NCBI GenBank assembly: GCA_903889905.1
Contig: CAISZI010000047.1
Coordinates: forward strand, 80,096-144,095
DNA from: Candidatus Wirthbacteria bacterium
GTDB taxonomy: Bacteria; Patescibacteriota; CG2-30-54-11
Direction of reading: 5' to 3'
Length of the DNA: 64,000 nucleotides
Part shown: piece after piece, positions 28,701 to 37,317 of the stretch
Position numbering within the stretch: the first letter of the stretch is position 1
Layout of the letters: the number at the start of each line of letters is the position of its first letter
The notes under the pieces: model-generated
Told to the model about the DNA's origin: nothing
The model's input: the letters and a program-made list of their open reading frames with translations, nothing else
The model's database searches: none
Position numbers and translations under genes: made by a program

Positions 28701-30137
28701 AAGGCCATCGAGTTTCGTCAGGCTACCAGCAGGAACAGGACCACTGTCATTGTTGTTGCCATCCACACCGCTTAACCCTCGTACCAAACCGGGGTTGCCA
28801 TTCACCGTAATGGTCGCACCATGGCCGCTGCCGTCCTGCGTCAGACTACTCCAGTTGTCGGTGACGGAGCCATCCAGGGGAAGCAGCAAAACGGTATAGT
28901 CGTCGTTACTCCAGGGGGCAAGCGCTGGCGTAAACGCCTGACTGTAACGCACGGTGCTCGAAAGCCGTGCTGCACTGAGATAACCGGCAAACCCGCTGTT
29001 GCTGCCATTCCCCGAAACATACAGCGTGGAAGAACTCGCTGGAATCGGTACCGTGGATGTCGCGGCACCGTCCTGGTTACCATTCAACCAGAGTTTGAGC
29101 TGGTTGGTGGAAGTGTGGCGATCAAAAGTCATGGCCACATGGGCAAACGTGTTTAAACTCAATGTTGCGCTCGACGTCGCAATCACCCAGCTGCTACCAT
29201 TCCAAAGCCCACCGGCAAGCTTACCCGTCGCGTTAATTTTGAGAAAATAATTGCCGTTGCGATGCAATAAATACTGATCTGCGGCCGGCATCATTTTGGG
29301 CGACACCCAGGCTTCCAGCGTCAGGTTGTCAGAGATATTGAACGATGTACTACTTGCAACGGCAAGCGCATCATCCGCGCCATTAAAACTCACCGCCGCA
29401 CTTTGCCCGGCAAATCGCCCGGTACCACTGCTAGCGGTCGGTGTGCTGCCATCGACGGCTGCCAGATCGCGGTGCAAATCCACCCCCAGTAACGTGGTGG
29501 CTGCGCCGACATTCAGTGCGTCTGTCGGAGCGGTTTGGGCGCTCGCCGCAGCATAGCCATGATAAAGATAAAACTGGGTATTGCTGCTACTGCCAGCCAA
29601 AGCAACAGGGAGCTGAAACGTGAGGCGCGTAGCCTTGGAATCATTACATCCACTCGCACCTGCGGCAATCGCCACGTCGACCGGCAATTCCTGATTGGCG
29701 CTACCGTTATAATAAACAAGGTGTGCATCGTAGCAATTGTTTAAAAAATTCCCGAGGTCCGCGCTATTCACTGTCACTGTCGATGGCGTCAATGCATCCA
29801 CCGTGTTACCACCCAAATTTTCTAGTTTCATTATTTCTCGGCTACTGTAGTGGCTATCCCACCAAGGAACTTTAAGCTCAGCCATCCCGCTTTGCACCTG
29901 CACGTGGTCAGCATCAAACTGATAATCCGACCCCATGCCAAAATCCCAAGTCTGACTGCCGGCATAGGCATGCAACCAGTTTTGGTAATACTGGATAACA
30001 AGTGCAGTGGTGACAAAAAAGAAAATCGAAACGGACGCGAGTAGCACCAATAAAGCAAAATACCGCGGTCGGGGGGCGGATGATTGCGGATTGTTTTGCG
30101 TTAATTTTTCGTAAACCGCCTTGATCGAATTCAGCAT
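25794..30137 (-). CDS. large secreted/surface protein (1447 aa) with LamG/ConA-like lectin domains, FN3 domain and C-terminal WxL-like domain
   Basis: N-terminal TM/signal; a LamG-like block (LTLEAWVSP...HVAMTFD); an FN3-like block (PAAPSLLVATSITPTAISLSWTD...YKIRAQNGAGNS). The C-terminal ~110 aa are homologous to the C-terminus of ORF 33443..34597 (AAPVAWA...TWAG...NNLQPSGNY...P). Confidence 0.75.
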   Translation of the reverse strand: MLNSIKAVYEKLTQNNPQSSAPRPRYFALLVLLASVSIFFFVTTALVIQYYQNWLHAYAGSQTWDFGMGSDYQFDADHVQVQSGMAELKVPWWDSHYSSREIMKLENLGGNTVDALTPSTVTVNSADLGNFLNNCYDAHLVYYNGSANQELPVDVAIAAGASGCNDSKATRLTFQLPVALAGSSSNTQFYLYHGYAAASAQTAPTDALNVGAATTLLGVDLHRDLAAVDGSTPTASSGTGRFAGQSAAVSFNGADDALAVASSTSFNISDNLTLEAWVSPKMMPAADQYLLHRNGNYFLKINATGKLAGGLWNGSSWVIATSSATLSLNTFAHVAMTFDRHTSTNQLKLWLNGNQDGAATSTVPIPASSSTLYVSGNGSNSGFAGYLSAARLSSTVRYSQAFTPALAPWSNDDYTVLLLPLDGSVTDNWSSLTQDGSGHGATITVNGNPGLVRGLSGVDGNNNDSGPVPAGSLTKLDGLVIERGTSNLVLNPSFEAGTYNSHWSSSGLSASNNSSVSFARFGAHSVKLDNTYLYADGTYTTALNPGASTVSLSAFVYNATSGSLGGTVTNSVAELYYDNATVTTIYQNLGGGWWRLAAENVSASLAVKDFGVAVKAGQHLYLDGFQVEANQASTSYCDGSLGTGYAWTGSANNSTSTRSDDVLHFLTTGHVQAAAGSLSLWVEPLWRGTDGVEHALFTLDTSVGQFKLFKSSAGQLTLNDGVHDATFDVSVWVPGKWYQVVANWGSGDMQLYVNGVAGAVSGGFNPPSLGSTIHVGADISDQNQADAVIAEVRIADAPFNSGQIAALVNAKNISRSEFVPTISNATYRPIFTKLVGFDEVTGGGHNGLLTYQLSNDGGSTWYMHQGNAWVVAPNGLIGNDASTVNSNVSSFVSEVGSGAFAFRTYFTGPSPQLSSITLDYQNAPAAPTTLYVDNTSAQTGRANPISLTSSTPAFSAVYQDADSGDTATKAEIQVSTDNSFGSITHWDSGASGTAIASVNIGSRNSNLVYGSFGSTPLQSLTTNDGNVTYYYRLRFWDAEGNTGVWSSPAAFGMQDSPAAPSLLVATSITPTAISLSWTDNASGQSQEDSFDLQHSTDGSMFTQLNAPAANVTTFAHTSLLPNTFHVYKIRAQNGAGNSAYSSVLSRYTAANTPGAPILSNGDYTKMHVILDNGSNPASVLLAVAISSDNFVHDTRYVQANLTLATTLHAADWKSYADFGSEGGILLSGLSGGETYTVKVKARNTDELETPFSNNAQLTTWIQPSLSLVLEGTNRGEIDLSGQNGLVAITQVLPNVPKTAVEKVSIVSNAQSGYSVYISASQKMALQTNSSVVVDFVKNGTVGTNAAPVAWASPLGTTVGEDTAFVGYHTSDGSLGTGTHNRFANPDTWAGFDDLKQFYEVLYNGTASSGEIEGKDFAYLTFKFESNNLQPSGNYTDLQLNYKVVPIF

Positions 30138-31108
30138 CAGGGCCCTCCGGCGTGTTGTTGCTCAAACACGGCCCGCGCCTTGGCGTCTTCAAACACCAGC
30201 ATGGCTCCCACCGGACGGCTGGCTTTGCCTACGATCGGCTGAATGCTGAGCCGCACTGCAAACGGCAGGGTTTGCGGCGTGGCAAAATGCACCATCAATT
30301 GACTCACACTGCGACTGCGATAAAGCACACCCAGCAGCAGGCCTTCTCCGACTTCAACGTCCGCGTGACGACTGTCGGTAATCGTCAGTATATCGGTGAT
30401 CACCTGACCTTTGACCTCGACCTCACGCAGGCCTGTCATGGTGGCAGCGGCTTTGGAAAATTCTTCAATCCGTAATTCCATGTCCACAAAGCACACCCCT
30501 GCACTGATGGCGTCAATCAGCGCTTCATCGCCCTCTTCTACGGTCTGCAGTAATTGTTGTGTCAGATACAGCTCGCCAAGTTCCTTTTCCGCCAGCTGGT
30601 AACGGTATCCCAGAAAAAGTGAAAGGGGTGCGAACGCCAGCAGAGAGCCTAAACGCGTCAAAGTGAAATACATTTGCTCCCAGGTGATGACACTCATCCC
30701 GTGCTCGAACCAGACCAGCGCGACCAGCATTAACCCCAGTTCTGCCAGTGACACCTCGAGCCGCAGCGCAAAGCTGCCGAGTAACAGCGCGATCAGCAGC
30801 AGAAAAAAATACGCCGATCCAGTCCCACCGGTTAGTTCCACCCAAAGCAAACTAACCATCCAGATCAACCAGACATTAAGATAACGATAGAGCGTCCGCG
30901 AGAGGATTTCGGCACGCAGTCCGATCATGAGGTTAAACATGACAAACAACCCAATCAGACTGATTATCAAATAGTGCTGCCACCCGCTAGGCAGGAACGC
31001 AAGTGGCAGCACCAGTGATAACAAAAGTATTTGGCCAAGCCCAACCAGCGCGCGACTTCCCAGCGTTTTTGTTTTCCATTGTTGCAGTTGTTGTACATAC
31101 AGCACCAT
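30137..31108 (-). CDS. polytopic membrane protein with C-terminal cytoplasmic PAS-like domain and no output domain
   Basis: About 8 TM helices, then DAISAGVCFVDMELRIEEFSKAAATMTGLREVEVKGQVITDIL (PAS-like). Shares base 30137 with the stop of the 1447-aa gene. Confidence 0.5.
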   Translation of the reverse strand: MVLYVQQLQQWKTKTLGSRALVGLGQILLLSLVLPLAFLPSGWQHYLIISLIGLFVMFNLMIGLRAEILSRTLYRYLNVWLIWMVSLLWVELTGGTGSAYFFLLLIALLLGSFALRLEVSLAELGLMLVALVWFEHGMSVITWEQMYFTLTRLGSLLAFAPLSLFLGYRYQLAEKELGELYLTQQLLQTVEEGDEALIDAISAGVCFVDMELRIEEFSKAAATMTGLREVEVKGQVITDILTITDSRHADVEVGEGLLLGVLYRSRSVSQLMVHFATPQTLPFAVRLSIQPIVGKASRPVGAMLVFEDAKARAVFEQQHAGGP

Positions 31109-31120
31109 GGCTTGGCCTTT

Positions 31121-32404
31121 TTATTTTTTCCGCAGACGAAAATTACTTTTGGCAATTTTAACCGTGGCTGGCGCTGCTTGCTTTTCCCAGGGGAATTTCT
31201 CCCAGTCACTGCGTATCATGGAGACCTCCACCGGATGAGTGAGCGCCTCCCCGCGCTGCATCACGACGTGCTGAAGTGCGGAAACTTGTTGGACGACCGG
31301 TGCCACCTGCTTACGATCACCCGGCCAGGCAACGGGTTCAAAGGTGAATTTAGAATGCTGTTTCGTCATTTTTGTGGCAAACAAATGGGTGCGCTGTTTG
31401 ATGGACTTCAACCAACGGAGAGGAATCCCCCTCTGCCACTGACGGCGTTGTTGTTTTTCTTTTTTGGCGTCATCATCCTTACCCAGCAGCGCCATCAGCC
31501 ACCGGCCCAGGTAAATCAGATTAACCAGCGTTTGCATGGTCATCGAGAGCAGCATCACCAACAGCAAAAACAGTATAAACTTGCCGATACCCGTATTAAA
31601 AAAAGCACTTAACGCGTCTGCCGACAGCATGCCCGGCAAATAGCCATAAGCCCCATCAAGGCTGCTGGCCTGCGTTACCGTTAAAATGGCATCTGTACTT
31701 TTCAAACTACTTACGCCGCTGCGTTTGGCTGTCGCCACAATAAAATATTTGCCAGCGGCAATCCCGCTGACGAAATCATATTGCGCCAAACCATACGAAT
31801 CAGTCGTAGCGGTATAAGTCTGCGTGTCACCCTTGTCGCTGCGCATGCCAAATTCCACGCTGCAACTGAGGCAGGCATAGCCAAGCAAACTGACCGCCTC
31901 ATTGCTTTTGACGCTTTTTTTGCTTAAATCCACCAGCGGCGGCAGCACTAAATTCTTGGTCGCGTCGATCTGATAGGCCGAAGGTTTGAAGACAAATGGC
32001 AGATGCGCGCTTTCCAGGCCTTTGTAACTGCTATAAAGGCTGAAATGCTCTTCCATGTCTTTTTTGCGATCCAGCACAAACGGTAGGTTGAAAGTACCAT
32101 CCGTACCGACTTCCTGCTGGATATAGATGCGTTTCGCTGTTTCGTCGTACAAAATAGCTTTGGCATAAGGCACGGTAAAACCGCTGAACTCCACCTGTAC
32201 AAACAAATCCGTGGGTGTCACCACCTGCGCCGACATCTGCACCTGCGCTTCGTCCGCGCGCAGACTGGCTGTTGGTAAAATCATACCAAACACAAAAAAC
32301 CCAAGCAGAATCAGCTGCCTGGGATGCCGCAGTAACCACAACGGAAGATCGATAAAAAATTTTAGCTCACGCTGACGCGTAGCTCTCCTGCCAGGAGTAC
32401 GCAT
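31121..32404 (-). CDS. hypothetical surface protein with C-proximal TM anchor and basic cytoplasmic tail
   Basis: N-terminal hydrophobic segment, a large extracytoplasmic domain, TM (FILFLLLVMLLSMTMQTLVNLIYL), then a K/R-rich tail. Confidence 0.5.
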   Translation of the reverse strand: MRTPGRRATRQRELKFFIDLPLWLLRHPRQLILLGFFVFGMILPTASLRADEAQVQMSAQVVTPTDLFVQVEFSGFTVPYAKAILYDETAKRIYIQQEVGTDGTFNLPFVLDRKKDMEEHFSLYSSYKGLESAHLPFVFKPSAYQIDATKNLVLPPLVDLSKKSVKSNEAVSLLGYACLSCSVEFGMRSDKGDTQTYTATTDSYGLAQYDFVSGIAAGKYFIVATAKRSGVSSLKSTDAILTVTQASSLDGAYGYLPGMLSADALSAFFNTGIGKFILFLLLVMLLSMTMQTLVNLIYLGRWLMALLGKDDDAKKEKQQRRQWQRGIPLRWLKSIKQRTHLFATKMTKQHSKFTFEPVAWPGDRKQVAPVVQQVSALQHVVMQRGEALTHPVEVSMIRSDWEKFPWEKQAAPATVKIAKSNFRLRKK

Positions 32405-32449
32405 GTCGAGTTTGTCTTTTTGATATTTGTTTTTGACGGACGAACAGGG

Positions 32450-33388
32450 TTATTTTTTGCGGACAACCAGGAAAATGCCGACGCCAATCAGGAGCACGCC
32501 GGCGATCACTACGCTGTAAACCAGGATGTCATTGTTTTTGCTGTTCACCACCGTGGCGGTATTTTTGACCGTCACGCTTTGCGCTGAACTGCTCTGCAGT
32601 GTCGATTTGTCCAAGGGCTGGCTCGCAGTCAGGATTTTATTGTCATGACCATAGGCGAGCGAGACGCGGGCGGTATAGGCTTTGGTTTCAAAATCCAAAG
32701 CGTCGATCGCGATGGTTACCCGGCGATCTTTGCCAGGGAAAACATTGACGCTGTCCACGCTGTAGGTTTCGGCGACCGAGCCGTTCAACATCAAATCGAT
32801 TTTGCCGGAAACCGTGGTGTGCACATTGCCGGGGTTATGTAAAACCAAAGTAATGTCTTTGGTTGTTGGCACAATCTGGCTGAGTTCCATTTTTTCGGTT
32901 GGGCTGCCAATGACCACAGAATAGAGCGTCTGCAGTTGTTGCTTAGTCTGGTTGGAGCCACCGCTCTGCTGGCCGGAAATCGTGGTGATCGCCGTCACAT
33001 AATAACCTTGCGCGGTCGTATTTTTGGGAACTGTCACCGTGACTTTGACATCTTTGGAAGCAGCTTTGGCCAAGGTGAACGCCGCGCTGTCAGTACCAAA
33101 CCAAGCCGCTGGATTGGCGGTCGTGGGAGTGGTGAGTTCGGTTGGTGAACCACTGTCATCGACGGTAAATTCCTTGAACGTGACCGTAAAATCCTTAATC
33201 TCGGCGGTGTTGTTCTGAATTTTCAAAATCAAACTTTTGATATCTCCGGCGTTGGCTGTAACCGTTTCCTTGATGGGATCGATCAAAATCGCTTCCGCTG
33301 CAGCCCTTGCCCCGCTCACGACACTCCCCATGGCCACGAACATCGCCACTGCGGTTAGGCCAAGGCTGAGAGGTTTACTCAATTTCAT
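32450..33388 (-). CDS. DUF916-like (CscA-like) cell-surface protein: signal peptide, beta-rich ectodomain, C-terminal TM anchor plus RKK
   Basis: Signal peptide MKLSKPLSLGLTAVAMFVAMGSVVSGARA; C-terminal VYSVVIAGVLLIGVGIFLVVRKK. This topology matches the DUF916 partner proteins of WxL clusters. The DUF916 assignment itself is inferred. Confidence 0.5.
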   Translation of the reverse strand: MKLSKPLSLGLTAVAMFVAMGSVVSGARAAAEAILIDPIKETVTANAGDIKSLILKIQNNTAEIKDFTVTFKEFTVDDSGSPTELTTPTTANPAAWFGTDSAAFTLAKAASKDVKVTVTVPKNTTAQGYYVTAITTISGQQSGGSNQTKQQLQTLYSVVIGSPTEKMELSQIVPTTKDITLVLHNPGNVHTTVSGKIDLMLNGSVAETYSVDSVNVFPGKDRRVTIAIDALDFETKAYTARVSLAYGHDNKILTASQPLDKSTLQSSSAQSVTVKNTATVVNSKNNDILVYSVVIAGVLLIGVGIFLVVRKK

Positions 33389-33442
33389 TTTTGTCTCCAG
33401 GTAGGTGAGATTTGTTTTGGGTGCTGCAGTGCGTCGCCAGGA

Positions 33443-34597
33443 CTAAAAGATTGGCTTGGCGATAAAGGTAATTGTATTGGCATAGTTACCCGAAGGCTGC
33501 AGGTTGTTCGTTTCCAGTTTGAATGTTACATCAGCGCGATCTTGACCGTCAACATCACTCTGTGTGGCATGACCATGATAAAGCACTTCAGATGAAGTAG
33601 CCGTGAGTCCTGCCCAGGTATCCGCATCGGTAAAACGGTCAGCCGTGCCCACACCCAATGTCGCGTCGCTGGTGTGGTAACCAAGGAACCCGGTATCCAC
33701 CCCGATCGTTGTCCCGGCAGGAATCGCCCAGGCAACAGGAGCGGCATTGGTGCCAACCAGAGTGTTTTTGATCGGGTCAATATCAATTGTCGCGTCAGCA
33801 CTGTGCTGCATGTTGTGATCCTGTTTGACGTAAACCGTGAAACCCTGCTTGGCGTCAGTATTGACCTTGAGGCGCATAACAGCGGTTTTGGCAACACCAG
33901 GGGTCACTTCGCGCCATTCAATGAAGTTGGGGCCAATAGTGCCACCCGCAGGAGCGGTCTGCCCAGCCACGGAAAAAGTCATCTGGGGTTTCTGTGAACC
34001 ATAAATGTCAACATGTTCGATGGTGGCGACCAGAATATCAATCGTATCAATGGTGGCACTAGTGCCATCCTGGGAGGTCACATCAACATTCCAAATATCC
34101 GCCGTGCCGGTTGCGGCGACTTTGGCCGGGTTCAAGATCTGATGCGTGCCACCCGCATTGGTTCCAATCTCAATCGTGATAGCTGACGCTGCAATCACCG
34201 TATCTGTGTCATTATTGGTCAGGGTGATGCTGCCGCTTGTGCCAGAAACAATATCCACGCCCCAGGCTGAATCCGCGCCGGTGCCTGGAGTTGCTGCCAG
34301 AGTTTGTGCCGTGACACCGAGTTTCAGACTGATGTCGCCAAACACCAATCCAGCAGGAATGCTGAATTTGGTGGCTTCCGGTGTAATCACCAATTTCCCG
34401 TTTACCGGGATTGTCTGTACCGTCGTGAATTTTAGTGTCCAGTCTGACGCTGTCGACGGATTGGAATCACTGAGCTCGAGGGAAGCCGCGTTGAACTGAT
34501 ACTGCACCGCGTGGGCAATGTTGGTAAATGGGATCATTGCCAGCACGAGGGTGCAGGTCATGGCCCAAGATAGCCATTTTTTGTTTTGCAGGTTCAT
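33443..34597 (-). CDS. secreted protein (384 aa) with C-terminal WxL-like domain
   Basis: Signal peptide. C-terminal ~110 aa are homologous to the 1447-aa protein C-terminus and end GNYANTITFIAKPIF, comparable to the WxL pattern G.Y....W.L...P. Confidence 0.6.
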   Translation of the reverse strand: MNLQNKKWLSWAMTCTLVLAMIPFTNIAHAVQYQFNAASLELSDSNPSTASDWTLKFTTVQTIPVNGKLVITPEATKFSIPAGLVFGDISLKLGVTAQTLAATPGTGADSAWGVDIVSGTSGSITLTNNDTDTVIAASAITIEIGTNAGGTHQILNPAKVAATGTADIWNVDVTSQDGTSATIDTIDILVATIEHVDIYGSQKPQMTFSVAGQTAPAGGTIGPNFIEWREVTPGVAKTAVMRLKVNTDAKQGFTVYVKQDHNMQHSADATIDIDPIKNTLVGTNAAPVAWAIPAGTTIGVDTGFLGYHTSDATLGVGTADRFTDADTWAGLTATSSEVLYHGHATQSDVDGQDRADVTFKLETNNLQPSGNYANTITFIAKPIF

Positions 34598-34820
34598 TTA
34601 ATTTCTCCTTTTTTGTAGGTCTTTTTACAGTTATGTTTTTAAAAATGTATATAAAAATTTGGCTATCAACCGTTGATTTAGTTTACCCAAATCAAATTAT
34701 TATACGCCTTATTCAGGAAATCTGTCTAGTATGCTAACAATACTGCCACTGGTAAGCAAGTTTTGTTATAATGATCGCGCTTTATCAACCATCCATTTTC
34801 TCATGCACGGGACGATGCTT

Positions 34821-35816
34821 ATGAACTGGAACCTGCTTGCGTTGGTGGCCGTCACTTTTGTCGGGACGCTGGTGTTGACACCGGTGGCCGGAGCAATCGC
34901 CAACCGCCTCAACATTGTCGATCGACCCGGAGGGCGGCATCAGCATGCCCGCGTGATACCAAAACTCGGCGGACTCTCCATCTACATAAGCCTGTCTGTG
35001 GTGGCGCTGCTGTCGCTGGGCCGTTCAACCAGACTGCTCGAGATCCTGGGCGTTGGTTTTATTTTTCTGCTGATCGGCATCATTGACGACGCGTTCCATC
35101 TCACACCCTGGACCAAACTGTTTGGCCAGCTTGCCGGCGCAATCGTGCTGGTTATGTGTGGCGTCACCATCAGTTCTTTTGGCAACCCACTGACAACCCA
35201 ACTTTATTCCCTGGGTGGGTTGGCGATGCTGGTGACTGTCCTCTGGATTGTCTCAACCGTCAATATCGTCAATCTTACCGACGGAATTGATGGACTGGTC
35301 AGCGGACTCACCATTATCAGCGGGATTGTTCTGGCAATCTTGAGTTTCAAAACCGGCCATCCCAATACCGGCAAACTGACCTTGATTTTTGTGGGCGCCG
35401 TGGCGGGTTTCTGGGTTTATAACTTTTATCCGGCCAAAATTTTTCTCGGGGATAGTGGCAGTATGCTGATCGGTTTTATGCTGGCAGTGCTGGGGTTCCA
35501 AGGTGGTGCCAAAATCGCCACCGCTTTCCTGGTACTGGGCGTTCCCATTCTGGACGCAGGTTTGATTGTTGCCTATCGTTTCCTCTCGCACCGCCCGATC
35601 TATCAGGGCGACCGCAACCATTTGCATTTTCGGCTGCTCGATAGCGGCATGAGTCAAATCAAAGTTTGCCTGCTACTCTATGGCGTGAGTGCCATCTTAG
35701 GCGCGATTGCACTGCTGGTACCAGGCAAACAAAAAATGCTCACCCTGGCATTGTTTGCCATCACATTTGTGATTGGGTGGGCACTTTTGTGGCGTTACGA
35801 AAAGCGCCTGAAGTAA
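34821..35816 (+). CDS. polyprenyl-phosphate N-acetylhexosamine-1-phosphate transferase (WecA/TagO/MraY family, GT4)
   Basis: Motifs IDDAFHLTP, NIVNLTDGIDGLVSG and FLGDSGS are typical of the MraY/WecA family. Start chosen at MNWNLLALV. Confidence 0.75.
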   Translation: MNWNLLALVAVTFVGTLVLTPVAGAIANRLNIVDRPGGRHQHARVIPKLGGLSIYISLSVVALLSLGRSTRLLEILGVGFIFLLIGIIDDAFHLTPWTKLFGQLAGAIVLVMCGVTISSFGNPLTTQLYSLGGLAMLVTVLWIVSTVNIVNLTDGIDGLVSGLTIISGIVLAILSFKTGHPNTGKLTLIFVGAVAGFWVYNFYPAKIFLGDSGSMLIGFMLAVLGFQGGAKIATAFLVLGVPILDAGLIVAYRFLSHRPIYQGDRNHLHFRLLDSGMSQIKVCLLLYGVSAILGAIALLVPGKQKMLTLALFAITFVIGWALLWRYEKRLK

Positions 35817-35834
35817 TTGACGGGCCAATAACGC

Positions 35835-37235
35835 TTAAACATTGGCAGCAGCTGGTTGGGCAGGCGCGGCAATGGACAGTGGCGGCGCAGCAACCGGGGA
35901 TGATTTGGGCATCGCCTTGGAAGCATCAATACCTTTGACTGTGGGCACGCTGGCGCTGGTGTCCGCGTCGCTTTGGACTTTTTCGGTTTCCTGCATCAGC
36001 TTGCCAATGCGATCAATAATCTGTTCTGGCGTAAGCGGTTCGGGTGGTGTCGCTGACGGCTTGGTTTCCTTGGCTGGCGCGGTGATCTGGAAGCTCGCAT
36101 TCGTAAGATGTTCACGGATTTTGGTGAGCACTGATTGGGAGGCTTCATCCAGGCTAAGGCCCGTTAAAGTGAACCCGGCGGCTGGATCATGTCCGCCACC
36201 ACCAAAGAGAGCGGCGATCTTGGAGGCACTGAATTTGGGGGAAGTACGGATGCTGCCGCGCACCTGTTTCTGGCCGTCTTCGTAGAGTACCATGGCGACT
36301 TTGGTGTCAGGGACATGGGCAATCAAATCATTGAGTGCGACCGAGGCGTCGTCTTCATCGGCCTTGGTTTCTTTGAAATCCTGCTGGCTGACTGTAGCCC
36401 AGACAATGCCATGTTCGCTGTCCTGCTTAATCTTGGAGAGAATGCGGCCCCACAATTTGAGCGTCGCCACGGATTTGCGGCGATAGATATTTTCGATCAC
36501 CAGCTGCAGGTCACCACCGGCTTCCATGAGGCGCGCGGCTGTGGCAAAGGAATCGGCTGTGGTCGAAATATGCTGAAAACTGCCCGTGTCAGTGACAATG
36601 GCTGTCAGCAGCGCAGTTGCCGTGGAGGCTTCGAGGGCATATTGCAAATATTTGGCAAACTGGTAAACGATTTCACCCGTGGAAGGCGATTTGCTATCCA
36701 CCAGATTGAGCTTGCCCGGTACGGAGTTGCTGACGTGGTGGTCAATATTGAGAATGTCCGTGGATTCAAAAAACTGCTGGTTTTTGGCATACAAATCGCC
36801 AAGCAGGGATAAATCCGGGGTGTCGAGCATGATGATCAGGTCGTAATTTGGTTTACCATAATCCAGCGACACTTCCTCAAAATCGAACTCGCCGCTAACA
36901 GGGGTAACGACCAGGTTAAGCACGTCGTCAATGATGTTGTAGCTGACCTTGTCCACGGTCGTTTTTTGACAATTGATGCGGACAATCAGATCGAGTGAAT
37001 CAAACTTGGGCTTGATGCCCACGCTGCCGCCAATAAAATCAAACTTGGCCGGGACGGGATCGCTGCAGAACATATCAAGCTGTTTGCCGCGGCTTTGCAG
37101 GATATTGCGCAAGGCCACCATGCTGCCGATCGCATCGCCATCCGGGCGACGGTGGGTGATCATCAGGATTTTTGCTTTGGTATTAATGAGCTCATCCACA
37201 CTCTTGAATTCGGCAGACGTCAGACTGGAAGCCAT
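35835..37235 (-). CDS. DHH/DHHA1 family phosphoesterase (NrnA-like) with low-complexity C-terminal tail
   Basis: Motifs ITHRRPDGDAIGS, DHH (NIDHHVSN) and GGGGH (DHHA1). Start at MASSLTSAEF with AGGGGG RBS. Confidence 0.8.
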   Translation of the reverse strand: MASSLTSAEFKSVDELINTKAKILMITHRRPDGDAIGSMVALRNILQSRGKQLDMFCSDPVPAKFDFIGGSVGIKPKFDSLDLIVRINCQKTTVDKVSYNIIDDVLNLVVTPVSGEFDFEEVSLDYGKPNYDLIIMLDTPDLSLLGDLYAKNQQFFESTDILNIDHHVSNSVPGKLNLVDSKSPSTGEIVYQFAKYLQYALEASTATALLTAIVTDTGSFQHISTTADSFATAARLMEAGGDLQLVIENIYRRKSVATLKLWGRILSKIKQDSEHGIVWATVSQQDFKETKADEDDASVALNDLIAHVPDTKVAMVLYEDGQKQVRGSIRTSPKFSASKIAALFGGGGHDPAAGFTLTGLSLDEASQSVLTKIREHLTNASFQITAPAKETKPSATPPEPLTPEQIIDRIGKLMQETEKVQSDADTSASVPTVKGIDASKAMPKSSPVAAPPLSIAAPAQPAAANV

Positions 37236-37317
37236 AAAACCCCCTGTATCATTAGACCGGATGAAATAGTACCGACAGATCGGGCCCGCTGCGCCGCGGG
37301 CCCGACCAGCCTGAAAT

